DNA of 56,094 bases, counting the filler, from Bipalium vagum (Eukaryota): NCBI GenBank assembly GCA_037834085.1. It is 3 parts of 3 records of this genome, joined end to end, with 100 filler letters (N's around TTAATTAATTAA, not from the genome) between each part and the next. Parts side by side here need not be neighbours in the genome. Positions count along the whole stretch, not along the records: positions 1 to 18,202 come from JBBMKC010036671.1; 2 more parts are not named here. One strand, 5' to 3'. Under the pieces are notes generated by a model. It was not told where the DNA came from. It did not search any database and saw only the letters and a program-made list of their open reading frames with translations. The stretch's first letter is position 1. Each line of letters starts with the position of its first letter. Below are positions 1 through 11,368 of this stretch, in pieces. The position numbers and the translations under genes were made by a program.

Positions 1-325
1 TTCTTAGTATCTTCTTCTTCTTGCCTTCTCAACGTCTAGTAGAGCTGAGAAGCGCTTTTTAAATCAAGGGCTCTTGTTGCTAAGATAGCGAAGAGCAAAC
101 TATTTTCTCCTTGGTTTGATCTTTAATCTGCATAACATTTGTCAATAACAATTTGTTCAACAAAATATATTTTAATAATCCAGGTAATTGTTTTATATTG
201 ATTGGTTGATTTTTATAAGTAATTCTTAAGACTTGTTCATTTAATAATTTTCGCTGTTTAAAATATTCTTTTCAATTAAAATTAGTATTTTTTATAGGGG
301 GTGAACAGATTTTTTACACGCACTG
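1..325. mobile_element. Terminus of a Tc1/mariner-superfamily element (TIR end)
   Basis: Ends GGGGTGAACAGATTTTTTACACGCACTG followed by TA (326-327). Its reverse complement starts CAGTG, a Tc1-type TIR with a TA target site. The rest lies outside the window. Confidence 0.45.
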
Positions 326-399
326 TACATCAAATAACTTCGGAGACATTTACATCAAATTGATTTTATTTGAAAAAACCACGACAACCTGAGTGATTA

Positions 400-653
400 A
401 CCTGAACAATTTCAAGCCACACACTGCTCGGATTACAGAAGAAAATTTTGAAAAACTGGAAGTAGATGATATCTTTCTTCATCATGCATAGAGTCCTGAT
501 GTTGCACCATCGGATTATTGGTTTTTTCGATCCATAAAACACTTTCTCAGAGATCGCCGACTTGAACGTGGAGCTGAAATTGATCGGATAAGAATGCTAG
601 TAGATCGGTGGCGTAAATTGATTGAAGGTGATGGACTTTATTTTGAAGAATAG
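400..653 (+). pseudogene. mariner (DD34D) transposase, 3' fragment
   Basis: Manual translation gives KPHTARIT...HHA*SPDVAPSDYWFFRSIKHFL (YSPDLAPSDY motif with a stop) and a C-terminal WRKLIEGDGLYFEE*. Confidence 0.8.
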
Positions 654-1196
654 TGTTATTGTTGTAAATAAATAATTTTGAACACAAACTTTCATTTAAT
701 TTACATAACATGTATTATGTAATAGGAAGAATAAGAGGTAAATGACTCAATCGATTTTCAAACATTTATTTTAAAAAAGTCCACAATACTTTGACTTGAA
801 AAAGTGCCTTATTGATAGTTGTTTCTTAAATCGTTTTTTATTTTAGATTCCCAACACTATATAGAAAAACAAAATTTAAGTCTTGAATGGTGAGATAAAA
901 ATATTTATTCCTCTTTATATATGAAAACGTATCAGTATTAACTCAACAGTGCATTAGCACCAGCTTATGGTATCTTTATATTCATTTCTTGGTTAATCTA
1001 AGGGAATTCATATTATATAATTTATTCAAGAAATCACCAATGAGGACTGAAACGATGTTAACAACAACCTTAGTAGCCATTTACATTGCTATAGAATTTT
1101 CGACAAGGGGTTATATAAAACGCAAAGGTTTTCAAATAAAATAACTAAAACTCATAAATATATTTAAATTTTTAAGTTGAAATTGGTATTTTAAAA

Positions 1197-2119
1197 ATGG
1201 ATTCAAAATATGATTTTCAAGTGCTTTTGCGTCATTGTGAAAAGAAACGCGTAAAAGCTGTTCAAATGACAACGCTGCGGAAGGTCTGAATAGTGTCACT
1301 AACCGTTCAGCTCAAAATTGGTTTTAAGTTTTCCAATGTTGGACACCAAAACAGTCTGTTAAGGAAAAAGGGTTCCGTGCGACCATCCATAGTGAATTCC
1401 AAAGCTATGGTGGAAGATGTTGAAAAGAATCTAAGAACTAGTACCCGGAAATTATCAGCACAATTAGGACCTTCAAAATCCACTATATGCAGACATTTAC
1501 ATTTTCATGGAAAGGTAAACAGACGGTGCGAGAAATACCTGATGATTTATATATGGAAAATACTCTACGATATCTGCAAGCAACTTTTGAAAAATCCATT
1601 TGACAGTTGCTTCATTAATAGAACCGTGACAAGCGATGAGAAGTGGATTTATTTTACAAATCCAAACTCTTATATTCCTTACAACTCCATCGAACTAAAG
1701 GAAAAATACCTTCTTTGGAAAATCGCAAAAAAGGTCTTCTCCAGGATGACAATGTAAAATCACACACATCGATTATAACCAAGAACAAAATTCTAAAACT
1801 TCAGGGAATTGAGCTTTTACCTCATCCAGCTTACAATGCTGATCTGGTGTATACTAATTAGTACCTATTTAGGTCTTTGGCACATTTCCTTAATGGTCGA
1901 AGCTTTAGTAATGTTAAAGATGTGGAAATTGCCTGCTTGGAGTTCTTCTCTTCTAAATCGAAACAATGGTATCATAGTAGAATTCAAGAAATATCAAAAA
2001 GATGGCTGAAGACCATCGAACATAATGGTCTATACTTTGATATTTGATTTTTTAAAATAATTTTTAATAATTTGATTTCTTTTTATTAAAGAAACGAAAT
2101 TTTTTTTGGGACACCCTAA
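1197..2119 (+). mobile_element. Decayed mariner element (transposase pseudogene plus 3' TIR)
   Basis: ATG at 1197. ORF pieces 1293-1757 and 1643-1861 contain an HTH (STRKLSAQLG), VTSDEKWIYF, LLQDDNVKSH and LPHPAYNADL. C-terminus WLKTIEHNGLYFDI*. 3' end ...GGGACACCCTAA followed by TA. Confidence 0.85.
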
Positions 2120-2120
2120 T

Positions 2121-2502
2121 ATTCATCCAACTGATTTATGTAAATTTAAAGATGAACTAGAAGAAAAGAAATTTATAAAAGATGCAATATTTTTAAAATC
2201 AAAATGTTATTGTTAAATATGAAGATTTAATAGTAAAATTAAAAGGAACTAAAAATGCAACACAAAAGAAATTTAATTTTGATCATTATGACAATTTTTA
2301 AAATTTTTAAAAAATAATAATAAATAAATAAATAATATATATTATATTAAATAAATAAAAATAATTCTAATAATTAGAGAATAAAATCAAATAAGCATAA
2401 TATTTATTTAATTAAAGAAAATAAATATCATCAGGTTCATTTGATCACAAAAGAATTATCTGTAATGAAGGAATAACATTTCCTTTTGGTTATTTCGATT
2501 AA
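2121..2502 (+). pseudogene. C-terminal relic of a protein-primed family-B DNA polymerase (Polinton/Maverick-like)
   Basis: Manual translation across frameshifts: LCKFKDELEEKKFIKDAIFLKSKCYC ... VKLKGTKNATQKKFNFDHY ... GSFDHKRIICNEGITFPFGYFD*. These follow the order of pPolB C-terminal motifs (GKFKDE, LxxKxY, KxKG, DxKR...TxPxGY). Confidence 0.6.
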
Positions 2503-4806
2503 ACTAAAGACATAAAGTTAAAAAGAAAGTTTTTTTAAAGTAATATTTTTTAACATTAATCTTCATAAATCTCATTTCAATTTCACATATTTTTTTGTTA
2601 AAATCAATCAAAGGGTTCTCTTTTAATTAATTTTTAAAATAATAATTTATACAAAAATATGTTTTTAAAATATTTATTTATTTCTAATTATGTAATTTAT
2701 GTAAAAACATTAAAAATATAGTAATACAAAGACATTTTAGCTCTAATATGCATTTAATTTCATTAAAATCGGATAAATGGTTCTCTTTAAATAAATATTT
2801 AAACATAAAATCAATTTTTAATTACTTTTAATTCATTAAATAATTTTAATTAAATATCCTTGAAAATATTTTTCTAATTTTTTACATGTAATAACCTTTC
2901 ATATGATACTTTATGTTTTGTAAAAGTTTGGTTATTATTTTTAATTAATTTTCATTTTAATTAATTTTTAATTGATGTTCTCTACAACAATTTTAATTAA
3001 TTATTTGATTTAAATTCTATAAAATTCTCCAAACAAATACAATACCTCTCCAGCAATGCATTATACGTGAAAATCGTTTGGATAATAGAACAGCAGAAAT
3101 AAATATTTAAAGTTGATCTTTGCTAGTTGAAAATTATTCGGAGACACCGGGATTCGAATGAACAAAATTGTATTTTTTACAACAAATTTTTACATACATG
3201 AACATAAATCATCAGCACATTGCTGTGAGCCTAGTATGGCAAAAAAATAAAACATAGAAATAAATAGTTCAATAAATTGTATCACTTTTTTTACAGTTTT
3301 GTTTATATAAGTTCATCGATACATTTATGCAGATCAATTTCTTCTTCTAAGTTGTCGGATATCGGGTAGCTAGGATTGGATTCCACAGCATAGTCCCGCA
3401 TTTCACAGAAATTCATCGACGTCTTCCCAACATCGCGATGAAATTTCCACTGAGCCGCACTCCACTTGATGTTTAAAGAAACAGAATTTGCCGATTTCTG
3501 TTATCTTCCGCTTTGAGAGTTGAATGCTTTTAAGAATTCTTTCATTGCGCTTCATCCATGATCCAAGACCTTCACTGCTCTGGCCACTGAACCACATCCC
3601 CCGATTAATTTTCAATTTGTCTCACAATGTTAAAATCCTTAAATATTTCTAGAATATTCCGCGTAGTACTGTTCAGAATTTCTGAAAAATTATTTTTATA
3701 ATATTGTAATAAAACTAAGCATCATACAATAGAAAGAGAGTAAATAAGCTTGTACTAAGATTGTACGCTCTTTCTAATGGTAAAAGTTTCATTTCGATTG
3801 GATCAATATTTTTCATGATATTATCGAAAAGTCGAAATTTCTGCGCTATTACAAACTATGTGTTTAATAATTTTTTGTTCTATAAAAGATTTTCAGATGA
3901 AAATATATGGGCTTATAGATTTTAATATCCTCTATCCAATGGATATAAAATAAAATTCATAAACATTATTGTTTCGAATATATGAGAAATATTGGAATGT
4001 TTATATGTTGCTTAATTTATAAAAAAAAAACTAAGACATTAAATTTCTGTTTAAAGAATATTGATCTACATGAAAATATCCAGCAGAATTGTTATATCTG
4101 ATTTGAAAAATTTTTTTTTGATAATATAAATAATATCAGTTGAAATATTCGAAGTTAATTAAATATAATTATCTGATAAACAAAAATAGATAGAAGACTT
4201 CTGCTGAAACTTTAATATAGTAAATCGATAATGTGCTTTCATGAAATGTGAATAATAAATAAAGAAAAAGATGTCAAAAGATGAAATATATTAATAAGAA
4301 AACTTATGCAATATAATTTTAAAAAGTATAATATAATAATAAAAATTTCTTTTTTTATTAATTATAATTTTAATAAATTTTTTATAAATTGTTTACCACT
4401 TTTTATCTGGGTTGAGAGTCACTGCTTTAATGTAATATTTCCTTTTAAATCATTCTTTCATGTAATGTTTATTGCTGAAATGACCATTTGTTATATAAGG
4501 GTATTTGGGTCCTTATATTTTTGAGAACAGAAGAACCGAACATTGATTAAAACTATATTAAATAAATAAATGTAACAAAAAACAAAATTAAATTTTTTAA
4601 ATAGATATAATTCGCAGTGAAAAGAGAGTCAAAAATCAAAATGAATATTATTCCATCTGCAAGAGAAATATTTGGTCAACGTATCAGCTCAATAGGAAAA
4701 ATGAAACAGAGAAACGTTTATATAAAATATTTAGATATAAAATATGGTTAACCATGTCCTTTTAGGAACCTACGTTGCATCCGAAGAGGTGGGATTGAAA
4801 ACCACA

Positions 4807-5412
4807 TCAAAAAATCGTCTTGAAGACATTTTTGTGGCAAATGTCACCACATTTTATAATGATGTCCCACAGCGTAAATATAAATAATATCAATCTAAAT
4901 ATCGAATATGTTATTTCTAAATAGTAATGGGGGACGTATCTGTACACATCCGGTCGGTAAAATGCCGTCCAATTAATTCCAGATACATAAGACCCTATCA
5001 AAGATATTTCTGTCAACAAAAGGAAAACTAAAGATGCTAAAAGATTGTTTCTGTTATTTCGCCTACTTCCATAAATGGAGAAAAACCCACTGATAAATAT
5101 AAAAAATCCTCCATGGATAACAAGATTATGACTGAAAAGATTAGAAAATAAAGGAGTAAAAATAATTACAATTATTCCTAATATCACTGAAATCACTCCA
5201 TGAATGAAATGGATCTTTTTGAATCTTAAAATCGTTTCTTTTTTCGGCATGGTACAAATGACTTGTTGAGTAGGATGAGTAGAAGTTCCAGAGCCTTGAC
5301 AGGGATTTCCCGATGATATCATAGATAAGTTTGCATCTGGCTTAAGAAAAATTATGCTTTCATCATTTGGTGGTGTCATGAGTTTTCCTTGAAGATGGTC
5401 TCCTTCTTCCAT
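4807..5412 (-). CDS. Four-TM MS4A/CD20-like membrane protein, intronless CDS (201 aa)
   Basis: Intact ORF with a polar N-terminus and four hydrophobic segments: IHGVISVILGIIVIIF, VIHGGFFIFISGFFSIYG (CD20-family GxxFIISGxxSI-like), LLASLVFLLLTEISLIG, ITYSIFRLILFIFTLW. Confidence 0.65.
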   Translation of the reverse strand: MEEGDHLQGKLMTPPNDESIIFLKPDANLSMISSGNPCQGSGTSTHPTQQVICTMPKKETILRFKKIHFIHGVISVILGIIVIIFTPLFSNLFSHNLVIHGGFFIFISGFFSIYGSRRNNRNNLLASLVFLLLTEISLIGSYVSGINWTAFYRPDVYRYVPHYYLEITYSIFRLILFIFTLWDIIIKCGDICHKNVFKTIF

Positions 5413-6964
5413 TGAAAATTGACTTGATCAGATATTGAAGAATGAAGTTAAAAACTGAAAATCTGAGAGAAGAGAATTTATCAAACACATGAACAGAGCT
5501 TAATGAATTTGTCTATGATATTGTTTACTTTTGATAAGGTATATGTTTGTTATCAAAAATGCAAGGTAAAGTCTTTAATACACAATCAATATTCAACAAT
5601 ACAAACAATAATTTTTTAATTAATAAAATACTTTCCAGGCAAAAATGCGTATTCTGTCACCTAAAGCGAAGCAGAATCGAAAAAGCGAGAGAACAGTAAA
5701 AAATGAATATAAAAAAATACTAAAAAGATAGTGATGAGAAAAATTTACTTCTATCGCTAAATAAACGTTTATTAAAACATCATATCCTTTTTACAGAAAT
5801 AATTAAAATAAAGAAAGTAGGCTTTACAGAGTCCTTTCATGCACATTAAATTTAAAATCAATTGAATGTAAAATAAAATCAAATGTAAAATCAAATGAAA
5901 AATTAGTCAAATGTTTCAATTATTAATTTCAGAGATCTGTCTTCACTCTCCATCGGCTCCTGAGGTTCCATTGTTGTTTGTTTGAAATCATTAGCGGTTT
6001 CTGAAAGCTTTTACTTGGAGGTTTGCGTTGGTTCAGTATGGTTTTTTTTTACCAGTTTAACTGTAGATCCAAACATATCCATGTCTGAAAAACTTTTTCT
6101 GAAACATACTATTTATATCTTTTCACTTTATATATACATATGTATATATATATATTTTTTTTTCACTTTTGATTGAAGTCTGAAACCATTACTTTATTTC
6201 TTTTTCTTTCTCTATCATCTTTGAATGTCGCCTGGTGTATTTTACCTCAGTTTTTCGCCAGTCGACTCGTCTCCGTCATCTAGATTTTCGGGACGTGATT
6301 TATATTTTCTCTTAAACTTTTCATATTTCCTTCCGAACTCCTTCTTTTCTCGTTCTTCATCCTTTTACTTCATTGTCCTCTTATTATTGTAATTTCTTTT
6401 TATATAAATGAATTTATATATAATTTATTGTTTTTGGAACTTTTAAAAAGTAATTGCAATTTATAAATAATAAATGCAACTTTATCATCTTTATTGCAAC
6501 AAAAAGTTTCCCTAATTATTACATAATTATTATTTGTTCCCAGGAGATAATCTTAATATATTTTAAATTGTTCTTGGTGTGACAATTTCTACTATGTTGT
6601 AATCGATAGACGGTTACTCTAGTAAACCCGGATATCAATAATTGAGATCAATCCCAAGTAACACTGTTTTATTTTGTTTTGATCATTTTAAGTCATTTAA
6701 TTTGCATTAACTTATTTAAATATCATATCGGTTTAATTTAATTTCAATTTGCATTCTTTGATTCTCTTATTATTGGTTTGGTAGTGGTAACTAATTGGTT
6801 CTGTGTTTCTTACTTGCGTTACAAACCAAATTACTGGATTTTTGATATTAATATTCAAAATATTAACAAATTCATGAATTCTCTGGACCATGTCTCGACA
6901 GTAAAGACATTTTTTATAAAAGGTCCACATTTAAGACAAACGGTAAATGAAACTAGAGTCAAAT

Positions 6965-7129
6965 TATGAAGATTTTACATAATCTTATTAAAATCTTATT
7001 TTTCTTATTATTCAGTAAAATCAATAATTAAAACAAGTAAAACGATTTTAAAACAGAGTCCATTTTTGAAATAAATAAATTTTAGTTAATTATTTAGTTT
7101 TTTTCATATGGATTTCGAGCAAGTTAACA
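6965..7129 (+). repeat. 5' LTR
   Basis: Shares ATTCAGTAAAATCAATAATTAAAA and TTTTAGTTAATTATTTAGTTT...CATATGGA.TTCGAGCAAGTTAACA with 10426-10527. The left boundary is approximate. Confidence 0.75.
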
Positions 7130-9085
7130 TGGTGACCACACCAGCAGACCCGCTAATGGAAACCCTTCTTCCAAAAATGTTGAATCGTTTCGATGATCTG
7201 GAAGTATTTATCAACCAGCACCTCCTATATTTCGATGTTTTGAACAAGCCCAAAAAATGCGAGAAGCTCTTATATATGCGATGATCGAAGAAGACATGAT
7301 CACGGAATATGAAAGGACCGCAAACTTGACTGATGAATTCGACGCTCGATTACGTCTAGCGTTTGCCAAAGAAAAGGGTGTGATTACAGACTGGAAAGAA
7401 TTGCTACAATACTGATGCTGTTCAAGACCATTCAGACTTTTTTTCAAAAGGTCAAACAAAAGGTCAAAAAAGTGATGGAACACAAGCTAACAGAAGATGA
7501 GTTAGTTGTCAAAATGCTTTGCATTGCATGAACAACAACAACATAATCAGGGAGCCTGGACAAAAGTGAAATGAAAACCGTTGAGGAAATTGAAAATTTA
7601 ATGGTTAAATTGGAAAATATTGAGAAGAAAAAAAAGCAACCATATAAATGCGTTACTAACCCAACAGGAGCCCACAAGAAGAAGCTTCGAAGAAGATTCG
7701 AAATACAGGGAAGAAAGTAATCAAAGCAGAACTATATGGTACATAAGCAGACAGATAGATATACATTCTGACAAATAAATTGTTGGGGATGTCGAGAATC
7801 TGGTCATATGATTATGAATTGTCCAAAAAGAGATGCTCCACACCGATATTTTGTACAGATATAGATTCATAGACTGCGGACGAAGCGGATATTACAGGTC
7901 AGATTGTTTTAGAAGTTCATATGACAGGAAGGACCATGAGGAGGGCGGAAGATTTAGAGAAGAAAGTGTCGACAGAGAAAAATCACGGATGTCCAAGATA
8001 AATAGAATAGAAACAGATGATCCAATGGAAGAGGATGACAATAACAGGTATCCAAATGTTAGGGCTCTGCTAGACGGAGATATAGTGGGAGCCATCAATT
8101 AAACACCTCTAGTGAGATATCCCAGGAAGTCGAGGGAAGGAAAATGGAGGAGGAGGTGACAGGGAAAGTATATCGTTTTCTAAAGAAGGACATAAAAAAG
8201 TTTGAAAAAGTAATGGCAATAAGTAATGAGAGGCTAAAAGATATTATAGACTATGAGAAGATGCAGGAAAGCCGAGGGTTACAATAACATTGCAGGGACA
8301 GACGTTTGATTGTTTATTGGACACCGGGACACGAATCAACGTAATGAGCGGGAGGATTGCAATGCAGTTGAGAGGAACGGGATTAGATAGATGTGATGAC
8401 AATTTGCGATGCGCAACGATACCAGACTAGAGGCACTGGGCAAGTTCGAGATTGAAGTGCAAATTACCAACAGCTGACCAAAGATCAAATTTATTGTGGT
8501 GAAATCGGTTACATCAGATATCATCGAATGTATTGTTACACAAACAATTCTGTTTTGTTTTCTACAAATTCAGAACATAAAAGTGATTCTTTCATGAAGG
8601 GAATTATGACCGAGAGCATCTGTGCGGGATTGAAGCAAAATTTAGAAGGACGATAAAGGTGAGAGAAAACAAAGAGCACTGAATACATTGGGGATCAAGG
8701 AAGATTTAGCCTTAGGGAAAATTACACATGAATTTGAAGATGCATCTATGGCCGATAAATGGGACATTGGCTGCATTCATTTGATGAAGCATCTCATTTT
8801 AACCGAAGCCAATTAATATCAAACCTTTTTGTACTCAGAATAATAATAATTTTTCAGAATTTTTATGAGAACGGGATAATAAGGAAACACCATTCACCTT
8901 GGAATATGCCGTTGATCTGTGAATGGAAGAAGGATAAAGGAGAGATCAGGTTATACTTGGACTTCAGGCAGCTAAACGCAATTACGGAGAGACCGGCATT
9001 TCCCATGTCTAACGTAGATGAACTATTGGATCAGTTGGAAGGTGCTAAATATTTTAGTTCCATAGACCTGGGAAATGCCTACTAC

Positions 9086-9171
9086 CGGGGTTTTCCGAAA
9101 ATAGGCCCAGGGCTTATTTTCGGAAAATAATCTATAAAACATGTGCCAAATTTTCCAAAAATAAGCCCTTC
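9086..9171. mobile_element. Short palindromic pogo/Tigger-like MITE fragment inserted in the RT
   Basis: Interrupts the RT between AYY and QVELNKESQEKPAFST. Contains the near-perfect hairpin TTTTCCGAAAATAGGCCC-A-GGGCTTATTTTCGGAAAA plus a third arm copy. Confidence 0.6.
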
Positions 9172-10425
9172 CAGGTTGAGCTGAATAAAGAATCACAAGA
9201 AAAACCTGCTTTCTCCACGAAAAGCGGACAATTTTGTTTTACCCGGATGTCTTTTTGGATTGCAGCGGCACCGGGTACGTTCCAGGAAATCATGAACAAA
9301 GTGACAAGAGAAATGAAAGAAATGGTATTATATTTAGATGATATCTTAGTCTTCTCCGAATCCATTGCAGCCCAAAATGAAATTCTTCTCCGATTATAGG
9401 CAGAATTAAAGACGCAGGTCTACGAATAAACCCAGAAAAGTGTAGTTTTTTGAAAGGAAGAGATCAAACTTCTGGGTCATATTATTAACAAAGTAGGAGT
9501 GAAGACTGACACATCGTAGACAGAGGCTATCGCAATATAAAACAAACCAGTACATCAGAGGACTACGCAGCTTTTTAGGAATATGTAATTATTACAGAAA
9601 GTTTATAAATAAGTATATAGTCAAAGTCGGGAGTATAGTCAAACATAAAGTTCTGACATCGAAGATGAAAGAGGAAGTAATAGCGGTTTAAGACACTGAG
9701 ATATTCGCCGACATATACGCGGACATATGTGCCCCTTTGAGAGAAATGGTTGGCAGTAAGAGGTATGTTTTGAGAATAATCGATAAGCGAAGCAGGTATG
9801 TAGTTCTAGTTGCAATTGGGAAACAAGACGAAAACACAATTCAAACAAATATATTAAACGGATGGATCTTGAAATTTGGATGCCCAAGACCACTACATGT
9901 GGAATGTGTGAGAGTTTTCGAATCAAGAAGCATTAGAGGATTCGCAGAAAAACTAAATATGAAGATATGCTTTTCAAGTCCTTTACCACCGCAACACGAA
10001 TTATCAAATTGAGAGACAGTTTCGGACGATGAGAGATCTCTTAAACACTACTCAGATAAAAATTTGAGATTGGTCTGACATACTCAAAGAGTTCGAATTT
10101 GCTAAGAAAGTCACATGTCAGAAATCAATAAATGCAAGTCCAGCTGAATTTGTGTTTGGTACAAGAATAGCAAGAACAAATTGGGAATTTAACATAAGTG
10201 ATGCAATAAAAGAGAAGTTCATAGATACAACAGAGACCAGAAGAAGTTTCATGTTGGAGAAGAAGTATGGGTCAAAGCCAAATGTCGGAATAAGGATCAA
10301 GGATGCTTCGAAGGCTCATACAAAGTGATAACAAAGATGAATGACCGATACACTCTACAGAACAGTGACGGCAAGCAGATTGAAAGGAATGTGGAAAAGC
10401 TGAAGAGTATTCTTTGAAGGAGGGA

Positions 10426-10527
10426 TATGAGGAATTATAAAGATTAATAATTCAGTAAAATCAATAATTAAAATAATTTTTAGTTAATTATTTAGTTTGT
10501 TTCATATGGAGTTCGAGCAAGTTAACA
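10426..10527 (+). repeat. 3' LTR
   Basis: Follows the PPT, ends ...GTTAACA, and is an internally shorter copy of the 5' LTR. Confidence 0.75.
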
Positions 10528-11368
10528 GATACATTTTTATCAAAATAAATCTTTATTTGTTGTAGTACAAACACAACACTATTACACAAATTGCTGATAT
10601 TCAAATTCAATAATTTGAACTACAATATTAGTATTTAATAAAATGAATTTATTTGTGGAAATTACCAAGTCTGACAGGTAGTCAAAAGTTGAATTAATAC
10701 AAAAATTATTTTTTCTTGCAATTTAATGGTTGAATAAATTAGATACCTATGATTTAAACATTTGGAATGATGTTCCTAGATTGATAGTCATAAAATCCAG
10801 TGTGGTAATTAACTCAAATAATCTTCATCCAATCACAATCTAACTCACGTGGGTATTGATTGAATAAGACTTTTTTCTAAAATACACGATACCAGAAAAG
10901 GAACTCTGCTACTTCGACACTAAGTCAAATAAATTATATTTCCAATGTCTGTTTAAAAGATTTGATTGTGATAAAAGCACAATTATAAATGAGAAGTTTA
11001 AAATAAGTTTGATTAGTCTCTCTCAAATTATTACTTTGCTCTGTAACTTCATGATTCATCTGAATTTTTAAATAATTTAATTTTATAGATTAATTCATAA
11101 CTACTAATTCATTATTTTTCTTTATATTATAATTTTTTGATTTAACATTCTAATAGCACTTCTCATAATGACCCTATGAAGAACATGAAGGTATCGTAAT
11201 CCTAATACATTTAAGAAATACCTTGATAAAATTATATATTCTGAAATTTATTTTGAATGACAACTGATCTAAATGACTTTGTTTATAAATGTATTAAAGA
11301 TTGATGCGCTCTATTTAAAATTCTAATTTCGTATAATTTTTTCTATTATTTTTTTTAATGATATTCAA

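Larger units (their letters stand above)
6965..10527 (+). mobile_element. Degenerate Ty3/Gypsy LTR retrotransposon
   Basis: Paired short LTRs, both ending CGAGCAAGTTAACA. PBS-like TGGTGACC at 7130 and PPT GAAGGAGGGA at about 10416. Gag knuckle CWGCRESGHMIMNC (about 7781), protease CLLDTG (about 8312), RT motifs SPWNMPL/LDFRQLN/SIDLGNAYY and YLDD (about 9330), then integrase (about 9660-10200). This PR-RT-IN order is the Gypsy order. Many stops and frameshifts; RNase H appears deleted. Confidence 0.9.

Noticed and set aside
3300-3615. GC-richer minus-strand ORF (70 aa) near the polymerase relic, possibly another Polinton gene
   Set aside because: No recognisable motif and an apparent frameshift; it cannot be assigned without a search.
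4395-4500. Minus-strand FKRKYYIKAVTLNPDKK resembling a J-domain HPD loop
   Set aside because: Too short, flanked by stops, and His is replaced by Asn; it could be chance.
5930-6400. Lys/Glu-rich degraded coding-like stretch on the minus strand
   Set aside because: Multiple stops, a (TA)n insertion and no family motif.
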